DNA from: Actinomycetales bacterium
GTDB taxonomy: Bacteria; Actinomycetota; Actinomycetes; S36-B12; UBA5976
Assembly: GCA_018969715.1 (NCBI GenBank)
Contig: JAGWXT010000001.1
Location: forward strand, 10,877-74,876
Direction of reading: 5' to 3'
Length of the DNA stretch: 64,000 nt
Made by a program: the position numbers and the translations under genes. The notes under the pieces are model-generated. The model made no database searches and was not told the origin of the DNA. It saw nothing but the letters and a program-made list of their open reading frames with translations. Below, one piece after another: positions 15,556 through 24,482 of the stretch (position 1 is its first letter; every line of letters begins with the position of its first letter).

Positions 15556-18003
15556 ATGAGCGCTGCCCGGGCGTATCTCGGCCAGCCGTTGGCGGACGTC
15601 CTCGGTCCGCGGGTGGGTCCGCGGATCACCGCGGCCACCGGGTGCGCCACCGCCGAGGAGCTGCTGCGGCACCTGCCGCGCCGGTACGCCGAGCGCGGGG
15701 AGCTGACCGACCTCGGCTCGGTGCGCACCGGCCAGGAGGTGACGGTGCTGGTCGAGGTGCGCCAGACCGTCCGATCCACGCCGTACCGGCGTGGCCAGCG
15801 CCCGCGGCTGACGGTCACCGTCACCGACGGCACCCACACCCTCACGTGCACGTTCTTCCATCGCGTGCCCTGGCATGAGTCCCGACTGTTCGCGGGGGTG
15901 CGCGTGCTCATCTCGGGGCGGGTGTCGACCTACCGGGGGCAGCTGCAGATGACGCATCCGGAGTACGTCACCCTCGAGGGTGATGGGGGGGACGGGGGGC
16001 GCGGGCCGGCCGGGGAGCCCGGGGCGGCGGCGTCCGAGCCGGCCGGGGGGGATGACGAGGATGATGCCGCGGCCCGGTTCGCCGGCGGCCTGATCCCCGT
16101 GTACCCCACCCGCGGGGGTGAGCCCTCGTGGCGGGTGGGGCGCGGCATCACGACCGTCCTGCGGGGGATTGCCGCGGCCGCCGGACCCGACTGGCGAGAG
16201 GCGATCGACCCGCTCCCCGCCGCCGACCGGGCCCGCCACCGGCTGCTCAGCCTCGGAGCCGCGTATGAGGCCGTCCATGAGCCTGACACCCGGGCCGATG
16301 TCGACGCCGGCCGCCGCCGCCTCGCCTTCGACGAGGCGCTCATCCTGCAGCTGGCGCTGGGGCGTCAGCGTCAGGAGGTCCGGGCAACCCGTGCCGCTGC
16401 GCGGGTGCCGCCCCCCGATGGACTGCTCGCCGCCTTCGATGCCCGCCTGCCGTACCCGCTCACCGGCGCGCAGCAGCGCGCGGGGGTGGAGATCCTCGGG
16501 GATCTCGCTGAGGAGTGGCCGATGCACCGCCTGCTGCAGGGCGATGTCGGGTCGGGCAAGACCGTCGTCGCCCTGCGGGCGATGCTCGCCGTTGTCGATG
16601 CCGGCGGCCAGGCCGCCCTGCTCGCCCCCACCGAGGTACTCGCCGCCCAGCATGAGCGGTCCCTGCGCACCCTGCTCGGCCCCCTCGCCGACCGTGGCCT
16701 GCTCGGGGGCCACGCGGAGGCGACCCGGGTTGCGCTGCTCACCGGGTCGGTGCCGACCGCCGAGCGCCGGCGGATCCTTGCCCACCTGCTCGGGGGTGAG
16801 GTGGGCATCGTCGTCGGCACCCACGCGCTGCTGGAGGATCGGGTGCAGTTCGCCGACCTCGGGCTGGTCGTCGTTGATGAGCAGCATCGGTTCGGGGTGG
16901 CCCAGCGCTCCCGGCTGGCCGAGCGGGCTGTCGCCGGGCGACGTCCGCATGTGCTGGTCATGACGGCCACCCCGATCCCGCGGACGGTTGCGATGACCGT
17001 CTTCGGCGACCTCGACGTCACCACCCTCGACGAGCTGCCGCCCGGGCGGGCGGGGATCACCACCCACTGGGTCAGCCCCCAACGTCAACCGCAGAGCGCC
17101 GCCCGTGTGTGGCAGCGGGCGCGGGAGGAGATCGCCGGCGGGGGGAAGGTGTACGTCGTCGCCCCCCGGATCGGCGAGGACGGTGCGGGCGAGGACGGTG
17201 CAGGTTCCGGCCCGCCCGACGGCGACGACGACGGCCCATTCGACGGGGGCGATGGCGGCCTCTTCGACCGGGACCCGCCCGACGGGGACCCGTTCCATGG
17301 CGACCCGCTCGATGGCGGCCTCTTCGACCGGGACCCGCCCGATGCGCCGTCCGCCCCGTCCGTCCCACTGCCCGATGACTCCGGCACCGTCCTCACCCTC
17401 CACGCCCGGCTCGCGAGCGGGGAGCTGGCCGATCAGCGGGTGGGCCTGATCCACGGCCGGCTGTCGGCCGATGACAAAGACGCTGCGATGCGCCGGTTCG
17501 GCCTGCCCGCCGCGGACCCCGATGCCCTCGATGTGCTCGTCGCGACGACCGTCATCGAGGTCGGGGTCGATGTGGCCGACGCCACGATGATCGTGCTGAC
17601 CAACGCGGACCGACTGGGGATCTCCCAGTTGCACCAGTTGCGCGGTCGGGTTGGACGGGGGGAGCGTCCCGGGCTGTGCATCGTGCTCAGCGATGCGTCA
17701 CCGGACTCGCCCGCCGGGGAGCGGCTCGCCGCCGTCGCGGCGACCACCGACGGGTTCGCCCTGGCCGAGGCGGATGTGCGGACGCGGCGGGAGGGGGATG
17801 TGCTCGGCACCCGACAGTCCGGCTGGCGCAGCGGCCTGCGGGTGCTGCGTGTCCTGCGCGACCGGGCGCTGATCGCCGAGGCGCGGGAGCTCGCCGGGGA
17901 GATGCTCATCGTCGATCCCGAGCTCACCAGCCGGCCGGTGCTCGCCGAGCGCGTGGCCCGGGTGCTGGCTGACGCCCGCAGCGAGAACCTCGCCCGGTCA
18001 TGA
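15556..18003 (+). CDS. recG: ATP-dependent DNA helicase RecG
   Basis: ATG at 15556 (MSAARAYLGQPL). Walker A GDVGSGKT and DEQHRFG are present, along with the helicase C motifs. An acidic repeat insert lies at ~17176-17380. Confidence 0.9.
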   Translation: MSAARAYLGQPLADVLGPRVGPRITAATGCATAEELLRHLPRRYAERGELTDLGSVRTGQEVTVLVEVRQTVRSTPYRRGQRPRLTVTVTDGTHTLTCTFFHRVPWHESRLFAGVRVLISGRVSTYRGQLQMTHPEYVTLEGDGGDGGRGPAGEPGAAASEPAGGDDEDDAAARFAGGLIPVYPTRGGEPSWRVGRGITTVLRGIAAAAGPDWREAIDPLPAADRARHRLLSLGAAYEAVHEPDTRADVDAGRRRLAFDEALILQLALGRQRQEVRATRAAARVPPPDGLLAAFDARLPYPLTGAQQRAGVEILGDLAEEWPMHRLLQGDVGSGKTVVALRAMLAVVDAGGQAALLAPTEVLAAQHERSLRTLLGPLADRGLLGGHAEATRVALLTGSVPTAERRRILAHLLGGEVGIVVGTHALLEDRVQFADLGLVVVDEQHRFGVAQRSRLAERAVAGRRPHVLVMTATPIPRTVAMTVFGDLDVTTLDELPPGRAGITTHWVSPQRQPQSAARVWQRAREEIAGGGKVYVVAPRIGEDGAGEDGAGSGPPDGDDDGPFDGGDGGLFDRDPPDGDPFHGDPLDGGLFDRDPPDAPSAPSVPLPDDSGTVLTLHARLASGELADQRVGLIHGRLSADDKDAAMRRFGLPAADPDALDVLVATTVIEVGVDVADATMIVLTNADRLGISQLHQLRGRVGRGERPGLCIVLSDASPDSPAGERLAAVAATTDGFALAEADVRTRREGDVLGTRQSGWRSGLRVLRVLRDRALIAEARELAGEMLIVDPELTSRPVLAERVARVLADARSENLARS

Positions 18004-18659
18004 CGCGCATCGTCGGGGGCACCCACGCCGGCCGACGGCTGCGGGTTCCGCGCGGGGAGGTGCGGCCAAGTACCGAACGGGTCCGCGAGGCGGTGTTCAA
18101 CATGCTCAGTGCGCGCGATCGGCTCAGCGGGGCGGTCGTCCTCGACCTGTTCGCCGGGTCGGGGGCGCTCGGCATCGAGGCCCTCTCCCGCGGGGCGGCC
18201 TCGGCGCAGTTCATCGATGCCAGCCGCGCGGCATGTGCGGCGATCACCGAGAACCTCGATGCGCTTGGGCTGAGTGGACGGGTGGTGCGACGGGATCTGC
18301 TCGCCGGCGCCGCCTCCCTCGCCGGCCCCGCCGGCGGCGCCTCCCCCGCCGGCCCGGCCGACCACGCCGGCCCCGCCGGCCCGGCCGACCCCCCCGCCTC
18401 CCCCGCCGGCCACCATCCCTTGGCCGACCTTGTCTTCTGCGATCCGCCGTATGTCACCGCCGCGCCCGAGGTCGCCGCCGTGCTCGGGGGGCTGCGGACG
18501 ACGGCGATGGCGGCTGGCGCATCCGTCGTCCTCGAGCGCCCCAGCCGCGATGTCTGGACCTGGCCGGACGGTTTCGCACCCGAGTGGGACCGCCGCTATG
18601 GGGACACCCACCTGTATCTTGCCCGCGTCGTCCCCGCTGTGGCCCGTGATGGGGAATGA
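18000..18659 (+). CDS. rsmD: 16S rRNA (guanine966-N2)-methyltransferase RsmD
   Basis: Contains RPSTERVREAVFNML, the SAM motif DLFAGSGALGIEALSRGA, and DPPY. There is an ATGA overlap with recG and a Pro/Ala/Gly-rich internal insert. Confidence 0.85.
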   Translation: MTRIVGGTHAGRRLRVPRGEVRPSTERVREAVFNMLSARDRLSGAVVLDLFAGSGALGIEALSRGAASAQFIDASRAACAAITENLDALGLSGRVVRRDLLAGAASLAGPAGGASPAGPADHAGPAGPADPPASPAGHHPLADLVFCDPPYVTAAPEVAAVLGGLRTTAMAAGASVVLERPSRDVWTWPDGFAPEWDRRYGDTHLYLARVVPAVARDGE

Positions 18660-19146
18660 TCGGCCCGTGACCACCGCGGTGTGCCCGGGCTCCTATGACC
18701 CGGTGACCAATGGGCACCTCGACGTGTTCGCGCGCGCTGCGGCGACGTTCGAGCGGGTGATCGTCGCGGTGCTGGTCAACCAGTCCAAGCGCAGCCTGTT
18801 CACCGTTGCCGAGCGGGCGGCGATGGTCGCGCAGGTGTGCCGGCCCTACCCCAACGTCGAGGTCGACACCTTCGAGGGGCTGCTCGTCGACTACTGCCGC
18901 ACGCGCGGGGTGCGCACGATCGTCAAGGGCCTGCGCGCCGTCACGGATTTCGACTACGAGTTGCAGATGGCGCAGATGAACAGCCGCCTGGCTGAGGTGG
19001 AGACGTTCTTCGTCGCGACCAGCCCGCAGTTCTCCTTCCTCTCCTCCAGCATCGTCAAGGAGGCCGCCACCCTCGGTGCCGACGTGAGCGGCCTGGTGCC
19101 CGACTCCGTCCTCACCCATCTGCGCGCGAGAGTGCGGGGGGGCTGA
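18649..19146 (+). CDS. coaD: Phosphopantetheine adenylyltransferase
   Basis: ATG at 18649. Motif CPGSYDPVTNGHLD is present, with a typical C-terminal SSSIVKE. Confidence 0.9.
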   Translation: MGNDRPVTTAVCPGSYDPVTNGHLDVFARAAATFERVIVAVLVNQSKRSLFTVAERAAMVAQVCRPYPNVEVDTFEGLLVDYCRTRGVRTIVKGLRAVTDFDYELQMAQMNSRLAEVETFFVATSPQFSFLSSSIVKEAATLGADVSGLVPDSVLTHLRARVRGG

Positions 19147-19619
19147 TGGACATCCTGCGCACCCTTGCCGAGCTGCGCACGCTCGCCGAGTCGGCCCGTT
19201 CGATGCCGATGTCGAACACCAATGCCGTGGTCAACCGGGAGCGGCTGCTCGACCTCATCGACCACCTGACCATCGAGCTGCCGCGCGAGCTGGAGCAGGC
19301 CCAGCATGTGATGCGTGATCGCGACGAGGTGATGATGGAGGCCCGCCGCCAGGCGGATCGACTGATCGAGCAGGTGCGGCATGAGGCGCAACGCATGGTC
19401 AGTGAGGATGTGCTGGTGCGGGCTGCCCAGCAGGAGGCGGCGGCGATCCGCAATGGCGCCCTCGCCGAGGCTCAGCAGATGCGAGCCGAGACGGAGGACT
19501 TCATCGACTCCCGGCTGGCCTCCTTCGAGGTGGCACTCGGACGCACCCTGGACACCGTGCGGCGGGGTCGCGAGCGGATGAGCGGGATCCATCCCTACGA
19601 CACCCTCGACGCCGGCTGA
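19146..19619 (+). CDS. Conserved coiled-coil protein (ATP-synthase-b/DivIVA-like), function unknown
   Basis: 157-aa Glu/Arg/Ala-rich ORF in the conserved position between coaD and yceD. Confidence 0.55.
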   Translation: MDILRTLAELRTLAESARSMPMSNTNAVVNRERLLDLIDHLTIELPRELEQAQHVMRDRDEVMMEARRQADRLIEQVRHEAQRMVSEDVLVRAAQQEAAAIRNGALAEAQQMRAETEDFIDSRLASFEVALGRTLDTVRRGRERMSGIHPYDTLDAG

Positions 19620-19621
19620 GC

Positions 19622-20338
19622 GTGAGCACTCGGGAGCCCCGGTCGGGGACCCGTGAGGCACCCGGGTCGTTGCGGGTCGAGGTGGGGGACCTGCTCGACC
19701 ACCCCGGGCGCAGTCGCGACTTCCACTGCACGGGTGGCCTGGCCGATGACGTCGGCACCTCGGTCGTCAGCGTTCCCGCCGGGACCGCGCTGGAGGTCAC
19801 GGGCCGCATCGACGCACTCCGCGACAGCCTGTGGGTGAGCGGCACGGCTGCGGCGGTGGCACTGAGTGAGTGCTCCCGCTGCTTGGATCCGCTGACGATC
19901 ACGGTGCGCGCACGCTTCGAGGATGAGTTCGCCGATCGACCGGCGGAACGGGGGCGCCGACCGGCTGGGGGGTCGAGTGCGGGTGGCCCACGTGGGGGCA
20001 CGGATGAGGACATCGACCTCGCCGAGGATGACCCGCTGCTGGTTGAGGGGACGACGATCGACTTGACCCTGGTGGTGCGCGACGCCATCGCACTGGCGCT
20101 GCCCCGGTACCCCGTGTGCGCGCCGACGTGTCCCGGGCTGTGCGCCCAGTGCGGGATCCGCCTCGCGGATGCCCCCGACCACAGCCACGACCGTGTTGAC
20201 CCCCGATGGGCGGCGCTTACCTCATTTATGGCGCCGGAGGGGGCCGGATTGACCGCGCCGGAGGGGGCCGGGCCGGAGGGGGGGTCGGGGCCGGAGGCGG
20301 GGGCCGGGCTGGGTGCCAGCCCCCCGGACCCGGCGTGA
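19622..20338 (+). CDS. YceD/DUF177 family protein
   Basis: Contains the Cys pairs CSRCLDP and CAPTCPGLCAQCG and lies immediately upstream of rpmF, as is typical. The C-terminal tail is repetitive (PEGAG). Confidence 0.75.
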   Translation: MSTREPRSGTREAPGSLRVEVGDLLDHPGRSRDFHCTGGLADDVGTSVVSVPAGTALEVTGRIDALRDSLWVSGTAAAVALSECSRCLDPLTITVRARFEDEFADRPAERGRRPAGGSSAGGPRGGTDEDIDLAEDDPLLVEGTTIDLTLVVRDAIALALPRYPVCAPTCPGLCAQCGIRLADAPDHSHDRVDPRWAALTSFMAPEGAGLTAPEGAGPEGGSGPEAGAGLGASPPDPA

Positions 20339-20371
20339 CCGTCGTCGCCCCCGGCATGGGAGACTGACCCC

Positions 20372-20545
20372 GTGCCCGTTCCCAAGCGCAAGACCTCGCG
20401 CGCCAACACTCGTCACCGCCGCTCCCAGTGGAAGGCATCGGTTCCGCCGATCGTCACCTGCGAGCGATGCCGCGCGCCGCGCTTGTCGCACGTCGCCTGC
20501 CCCACCTGCGGTACCTACGACAAGCGCCGCGTCCTCGACGTCTGA
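20372..20545 (+). CDS. rpmF: 50S ribosomal protein L32
   Basis: Own translation from GTG 20372: [57 protein letters not shown]. At 57 aa it is below the ORF-track cutoff. Confidence 0.85.
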   Translation: MPVPKRKTSRANTRHRRSQWKASVPPIVTCERCRAPRLSHVACPTCGTYDKRRVLDV

Positions 20546-20598
20546 GGCGCGCCCGCCGTCGGACGGTGGGGGACGTGGGCCCTGGTAGCGGGGTGGCG

Positions 20599-20634
20599 TT
20601 CCATGGCCCAGCCAAGTTCCATGGCCCAGCCAGT
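20599..20634 (+). repeat. 18-bp tandem duplication (ttccatggcccagccaag x2)
   Basis: Read directly, in the rpmF-distal spacer at the left edge of the island. Confidence 0.8.
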
Positions 20635-20757
20635 ACGCGCCGGCTCTCCCGTGTGCTCGTGAAACCATGACGTGGGTGGCCACAGGTGCCGGTGGGAGGC
20701 GGTCGGATTGGTTGCTGCCGTCGACAGGTGAGGTGAATCATTGGCGTGCCTCACGAA

Positions 20758-20799
20758 CTCATAATCTGGTCGTCGTCGGTTCGAGCCCGACCCGCCCCA
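20758..20799 (+). repeat. tRNA-Met(CAU)-like 3' half, copy 1 (att-like)
   Basis: Reads CTCATAA loop, TCTGG, 5-nt variable region, T arm GTCGG-TTCGAGC-CCGAC, CCGCCCC, then A. The upstream sequence cannot form the matching acceptor or anticodon 5' strands. Confidence 0.6.
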
Positions 20800-20830
20800 C
20801 AAATCCTTGCCACCGTTTGGGGAAGGTTGA

Positions 20831-21322
20831 GTGTTCCACGGGGCAATAGTCCACACTCGAGTCGTGGAACTGACTCCTGAGATGAAGACGTGTCTCGACC
20901 AGTCGGTCCTGTGCTGGGTCGCCACGGCGGATAACGATGGACGATCCAACGTGAGCCCCAAGGAGGTCTTCACGTTGGACGGTGACCGGATCCTCATCGC
21001 TCACATCGCGTCCCCCAAGACGGTTCGCAATATTGAGGTCAACCCTCAGGTGATGGTGTCCGTCGTGGACGTCTTCGCTCAGCATGGCTGGCAGTTCTCA
21101 GGGCAAGCCACGCTGACGTGGGCGGACACTTCAGAGTTTCACGAGTCGGTTAGGCCGCTCGATGGCATCACTGAAGGCCTGTATCCGATCAAGGCCGTCA
21201 TCGTTGTCGACGTCCATGATGCACAGCGGATCGTTGCTCCCTCCTCATGGTTGTTCCCAGAGCGGCCAAAGGACGTGGTACGCAAGCAGGTGCTGGCTCG
21301 GTACGGGGTCCGGGATCTCTAG
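20831..21322 (+). CDS. Pyridoxamine 5'-phosphate oxidase (PPOX) family protein
   Basis: 163-aa ORF with LCWVATADNDGRSNVSPKEVF, a typical PPOX-class N-terminal strand. The region is visibly more AT-rich than the backbone. Confidence 0.65.
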   Translation: MFHGAIVHTRVVELTPEMKTCLDQSVLCWVATADNDGRSNVSPKEVFTLDGDRILIAHIASPKTVRNIEVNPQVMVSVVDVFAQHGWQFSGQATLTWADTSEFHESVRPLDGITEGLYPIKAVIVVDVHDAQRIVAPSSWLFPERPKDVVRKQVLARYGVRDL

Positions 21323-21346
21323 ACGCGTGAGCGCTCGGCGACGCCG

Positions 21347-21538
21347 GTGACCACGTCGGGGGACCTGCTCAGCGTCGAGCAGGCCGCTGACTACCTCAAC
21401 ATCACCGACCACTTCGTGCGGCGACTCATCCGCGGACGCCGCATCCCTTTCCTGAAGGTCGGGCGCCTTGTCCGCCTGCGCCGCACCGACCTCGAGGACT
21501 ACCTCGCCGCGTGCGCCGTGCCCGCCGTGCGGCGATGA
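21347..21538 (+). CDS. Excisionase-family helix-turn-helix DNA-binding protein
   Basis: 63 aa containing LLSVEQAADYLNITDHFVRRLIRGRRIPFLKVGRLVRLRRTDLEDYL, the classic Xis/MerR-type HTH. Confidence 0.7.
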   Translation: MTTSGDLLSVEQAADYLNITDHFVRRLIRGRRIPFLKVGRLVRLRRTDLEDYLAACAVPAVRR

Positions 21539-21594
21539 ACTCCTCCGGACGGGAACTCGGGTCTATCGGGATTTCCGGATGGTCAATTGCTATT

Positions 21595-21631
21595 GGAATA
21601 TCAGGATAGACGAGTGCTATCTGAATATTCC
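21595..21631 (+). promoter_or_regulatory. Candidate operator: AT-rich imperfect palindrome upstream of hipB-like gene
   Basis: GGAATATCAGGATAG-n7-CTATCTGAATATTCC. The outer arms GGAATAT/ATATTCC and inner arms GATAG/CTATC are complementary. It ends 17 nt before the ATG at 21649. Confidence 0.3.
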
Positions 21632-21648
21632 TATAGTACCGTTGCTTC

Positions 21649-21888
21649 ATGGCACTCACCGGAACCGTGTCCAGTCCGCAGGCTCTGGGGCGACTGTTGC
21701 AGCAGGCTCGACTGGCCCGTGGGCTCTCCCAGCAGCAGGTGGCTGCCGAGCTCGGGATCAGTCAGGGCTACGTCTCCGAGCTCGAGAGCGGCAAGACATC
21801 ACTTGCGCTCACCCGCGTCTTCGACATCATGCGACTGACGGGCATGACACTGAGCGCCGAGATCCCCGAGAGTCCGACTGATGCCTGA
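21649..21888 (+). CDS. hipB: XRE-family HTH antitoxin (HipB-like)
   Basis: 79 aa containing LARGLSQQQVAAELGISQGYVSELESGK. It overlaps the downstream HipA-like gene by 8 nt. Confidence 0.75.
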   Translation: MALTGTVSSPQALGRLLQQARLARGLSQQQVAAELGISQGYVSELESGKTSLALTRVFDIMRLTGMTLSAEIPESPTDA

Positions 21889-23119
21889 CCTCGAGGTCCA
21901 CCTGTACGAGACCCATGTCGGGGATGTTGTCGGGGAGTCGTGGCGTGACTTCGACTTCGTCCCGACGGCTGAAGCGATTGAGCGCTTCGGGGTGGGCAGC
22001 ACGGTCCTGTCCGAGTCGGTTCCACTCGTCCCGCGGCAACCGCGGGGCAAGGCGGCCAGGCGACGGGTCTTCTTCGACGAGCTGCTCCCTGAGGGGGCTG
22101 CCCGCCAGAGACTCGCCGATCGCGCTCGCGTGGCGACAACGGACACCCTCGGTCTGTTGGCCGCCTACGGCCGCGATGTCGCTGGTGCGGTCCAGGTCAT
22201 CGATCCCGGTGCCCCGGACGCGGCTGATCCGCCGCGAGCGCGAGCCCTGTCAACACCTGACGTCGTCGACCTGCTCGACGACGTGGCTGCGTTCCCGCTT
22301 GGCAATGCGCCGATGACGGGCAAGGCGTCGCTCGCCGGCGTGCAGGAGAAGGTGCTGCTGGCGCGCGTGGCTGATCGCTGGGCACAGTGCCTATACGGCT
22401 ATCCGTCGACGCACATCCTCAAGCCCGTGGCGCGGCCCCACACCGACATGATCTTCAACGAGGAGTACGCCTCACGAATCGCGCGCGCTCTGGGTCTGGC
22501 GCCCTATGCGACCTGGATCGATTCCTTCGAGGGCACGGACGCCCTGGTGATCGAGCGCTACGACCGCGATGACGCGGTCCCTGGGCGTCGGGTGCATCAG
22601 GAGGACTTCAATCAGGTTCTGGGGGCATCCGGTGCCGAGAAGTACGAGGAGCATGGAGGCAAGGTCAGCCTCGGGCGCATCGCGTTGGTTGTGGCAAGCG
22701 CCGAAGGCCCCGACGGACTGGCGCGGCTGCTGACGCTCGTGACGCTGGCGGTCTGCGTCGGCAACCTCGACATGCACGCGAAGAACATCTCCCTTCTTCA
22801 CCTGCCGGACGGGACTTCGAGGTTGGCGCCGGCGTACGACCTCGTGCCGCTCACTCACTACCCCGGCATCGACGGGCGCATGGCAATGGCGATCAACGAC
22901 GTTTACGACCACGCGCGGATCCGTCGGAGCGACCTCATCGCCGAAGCAGGACGGTGGGGGATGGGTGCGGTCCGTGCGGGTGAGGTCATCGATGCAGCGG
23001 TGGCGACCATCCGGGCGACGGTGCAGCACGAGGTGCCACACGCTCGAGCAGTGCCAGGGCTGGCGGACCTCATCGACTCGCTCGCAGCCCGGATCGGGGA
23101 GCACGCGGCGCAACCATGA
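21881..23119 (+). CDS. hipA: HipA-like serine/threonine kinase toxin
   Basis: 412 aa with the P-loop-like GKASLAGVQEKVLL, the catalytic-loop region NLDMHAKNISLL, and PAYDLVP. Confidence 0.85.
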   Translation: MPDLEVHLYETHVGDVVGESWRDFDFVPTAEAIERFGVGSTVLSESVPLVPRQPRGKAARRRVFFDELLPEGAARQRLADRARVATTDTLGLLAAYGRDVAGAVQVIDPGAPDAADPPRARALSTPDVVDLLDDVAAFPLGNAPMTGKASLAGVQEKVLLARVADRWAQCLYGYPSTHILKPVARPHTDMIFNEEYASRIARALGLAPYATWIDSFEGTDALVIERYDRDDAVPGRRVHQEDFNQVLGASGAEKYEEHGGKVSLGRIALVVASAEGPDGLARLLTLVTLAVCVGNLDMHAKNISLLHLPDGTSRLAPAYDLVPLTHYPGIDGRMAMAINDVYDHARIRRSDLIAEAGRWGMGAVRAGEVIDAAVATIRATVQHEVPHARAVPGLADLIDSLAARIGEHAAQP

Positions 23120-23199
23120 ACCTGCCTCAGGGCGCAGAGGCGTTCACGGGTGCGCTCCCTTCAGTGCACTCGGTCTCGGAGATCCTCGCCGATTGGACA

Positions 23200-24039
23200 T
23201 CATGGCCTCGCCACGGAAGCGCATAACGCCATAGCCTGACCGCAGCGATCAGAACGGGGGCATTGTGGATGCGTCAACCGTGTACCTGCTGGTAGCGAGA
23301 AAGGGTTGACCACGTCGTCGATGGGAACGGCATTGTCAAGTGATTTCCCTCTTCGTGGTGAGAAGAACACCTCTTCGCAGTCCTTCGCCGTTTGCTGTGT
23401 TACCTGCGTCTGCCGGAAGAGGATCTGCGATGGGCCAAAGTAGCGTCGCTCGCCGGCGATGGCGTAGAACCCGATGCTGTCCAATGCCTGAGTGCGCAAG
23501 GCGCGCGTCAGAGTCCGATATCGGCCATCCTCCGTCACATTCATCCCGCCTGTGGGGTCATAGGCAACAACGGCCGCATTGAAACCCATGGTCAGGATCG
23601 ACCCAGTACACATTGCGCACGGGTCCAGGCTCATCACGATCGCGAGGTCCTGTGGGTTTGGTAGTCCCAAGCGCCGTCGGTTACTCACGTACCAGCCAAC
23701 GAGCCCTGTTTCTCCATGGGCCGTGTAGTCGAATGTGAAAACCTCGTCGGGGCCTGAAGCCACGGCAGGATTCACGGGCAGGTAACGGTAGTTCCGTCCT
23801 TCGCGAATGACTTCGCCTGTTTTGTTGTTCAAAAGGACCCCGCCGACACCCCGGCTCCCAAGGTCAACCGATTCGCGCGCGAGTTCGAATACCCGTTTCG
23901 CGACTTGCTCAGCTGAGGTGAAGCGCAACTGTCGAGGGGCTGCGAAACTCAGGGGTGCCCCCGAGAGGGAGAACCCGGCCACGACACCGGCAGTAGCCCC
24001 TAGCTTCAGGAACGATCGGCGCGAGAGCTGCTGGGCCAC
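23200..24039 (-). CDS. Tat-signal-bearing CDA-fold (cytidine/nucleoside-type) zinc deaminase-like protein
   Basis: Twin-arginine motif SRRSFLKLGATAGVVAGFSL...FAAP, then HGE (YTAHGETGL) and PCxxC (LDPCAMC) at deaminase-like spacing. The start is probably GTG 24039; the track ORF extends to 24096. Confidence 0.65.
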   Translation of the reverse strand: MAQQLSRRSFLKLGATAGVVAGFSLSGAPLSFAAPRQLRFTSAEQVAKRVFELARESVDLGSRGVGGVLLNNKTGEVIREGRNYRYLPVNPAVASGPDEVFTFDYTAHGETGLVGWYVSNRRRLGLPNPQDLAIVMSLDPCAMCTGSILTMGFNAAVVAYDPTGGMNVTEDGRYRTLTRALRTQALDSIGFYAIAGERRYFGPSQILFRQTQVTQQTAKDCEEVFFSPRRGKSLDNAVPIDDVVNPFSLPAGTRLTHPQCPRSDRCGQAMALCASVARP

Positions 24040-24092
24040 CGCGGCAACGCAGCGCCCTTCGGAGCAATAGTCAAGACCTGTGGATCGGCGTG

Positions 24093-24407
24093 TCACGCTA
24101 CTTGTTGGTCGCTGCTTGATTCTTCGGGTCGTTCGACGAGTAGCGTGGACGTGCCTACCGACCTGGGCCCCTCAAGGAGGACGACGGGGTCGTCGAGCAT
24201 ATGTTCAAGGGCGATGGGCAGGATGCGGTGCTTCCGTAGTGCCGACTGACGACTGTCCACTACGTGACCGTCGCACGAATGCGATTTTTCGAGGGCTTCG
24301 AATGCGATTTTGCAAGGGTGCCATTCGCGGCTATTCGAGGGTGAGTTCACGCGGGAACAGGCGCCAATGGACGCCATTGGGCATAGGAGGGCACGAAGCG
24401 GCTTCAT
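24093..24407 (-). pseudogene. Remnant of an AAA_14/DUF4143-type ATPase (N-terminal stub)
   Basis: VVLLEGPRSVGTSTLL resembles the GPRQVGKSTLL P-loop, but Lys is replaced by Thr and the ORF stops 14 codons later. Its start overlaps tRNA-like copy 2. Confidence 0.35.
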
Positions 24408-24482
24408 AGTCTGGTAGTCGTCGGTTCGAGCCCGACCCGCCCCACCCTCAAGAACCGTTGCTGTGCAACGTGTTTACGGATC
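24403..24482 (+). repeat. tRNA-Met-like 3' half, copy 2, plus shared hairpin (CGTTGC-tgt-GCAACG) and TGTTTACGGATC
   Basis: 24403-24444 matches copies 1 and 3. The following ~38 nt are shared only with copy 3. Confidence 0.65.

Noticed and set aside
13773-17634. 712-aa and 711-aa minus-strand ORFs opposite the DAK2 gene and recG
   Set aside because: Same high-GC antisense artefact. recG and the DAK2 gene on the plus strand have unambiguous signatures.
20727-20802. An intact tRNA-Met gene at repeat copy 1 (and likewise at copies 2 and 3)
   Set aside because: With the CAT loop fixed at positions 32-38, the predicted 5' acceptor strand reads GGTGAGG (5 of 7 pairs), no D-arm can form, and the 5' anticodon stem (ACGAA) does not pair with TCTGG. 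Only the 3' half is tRNA-like.
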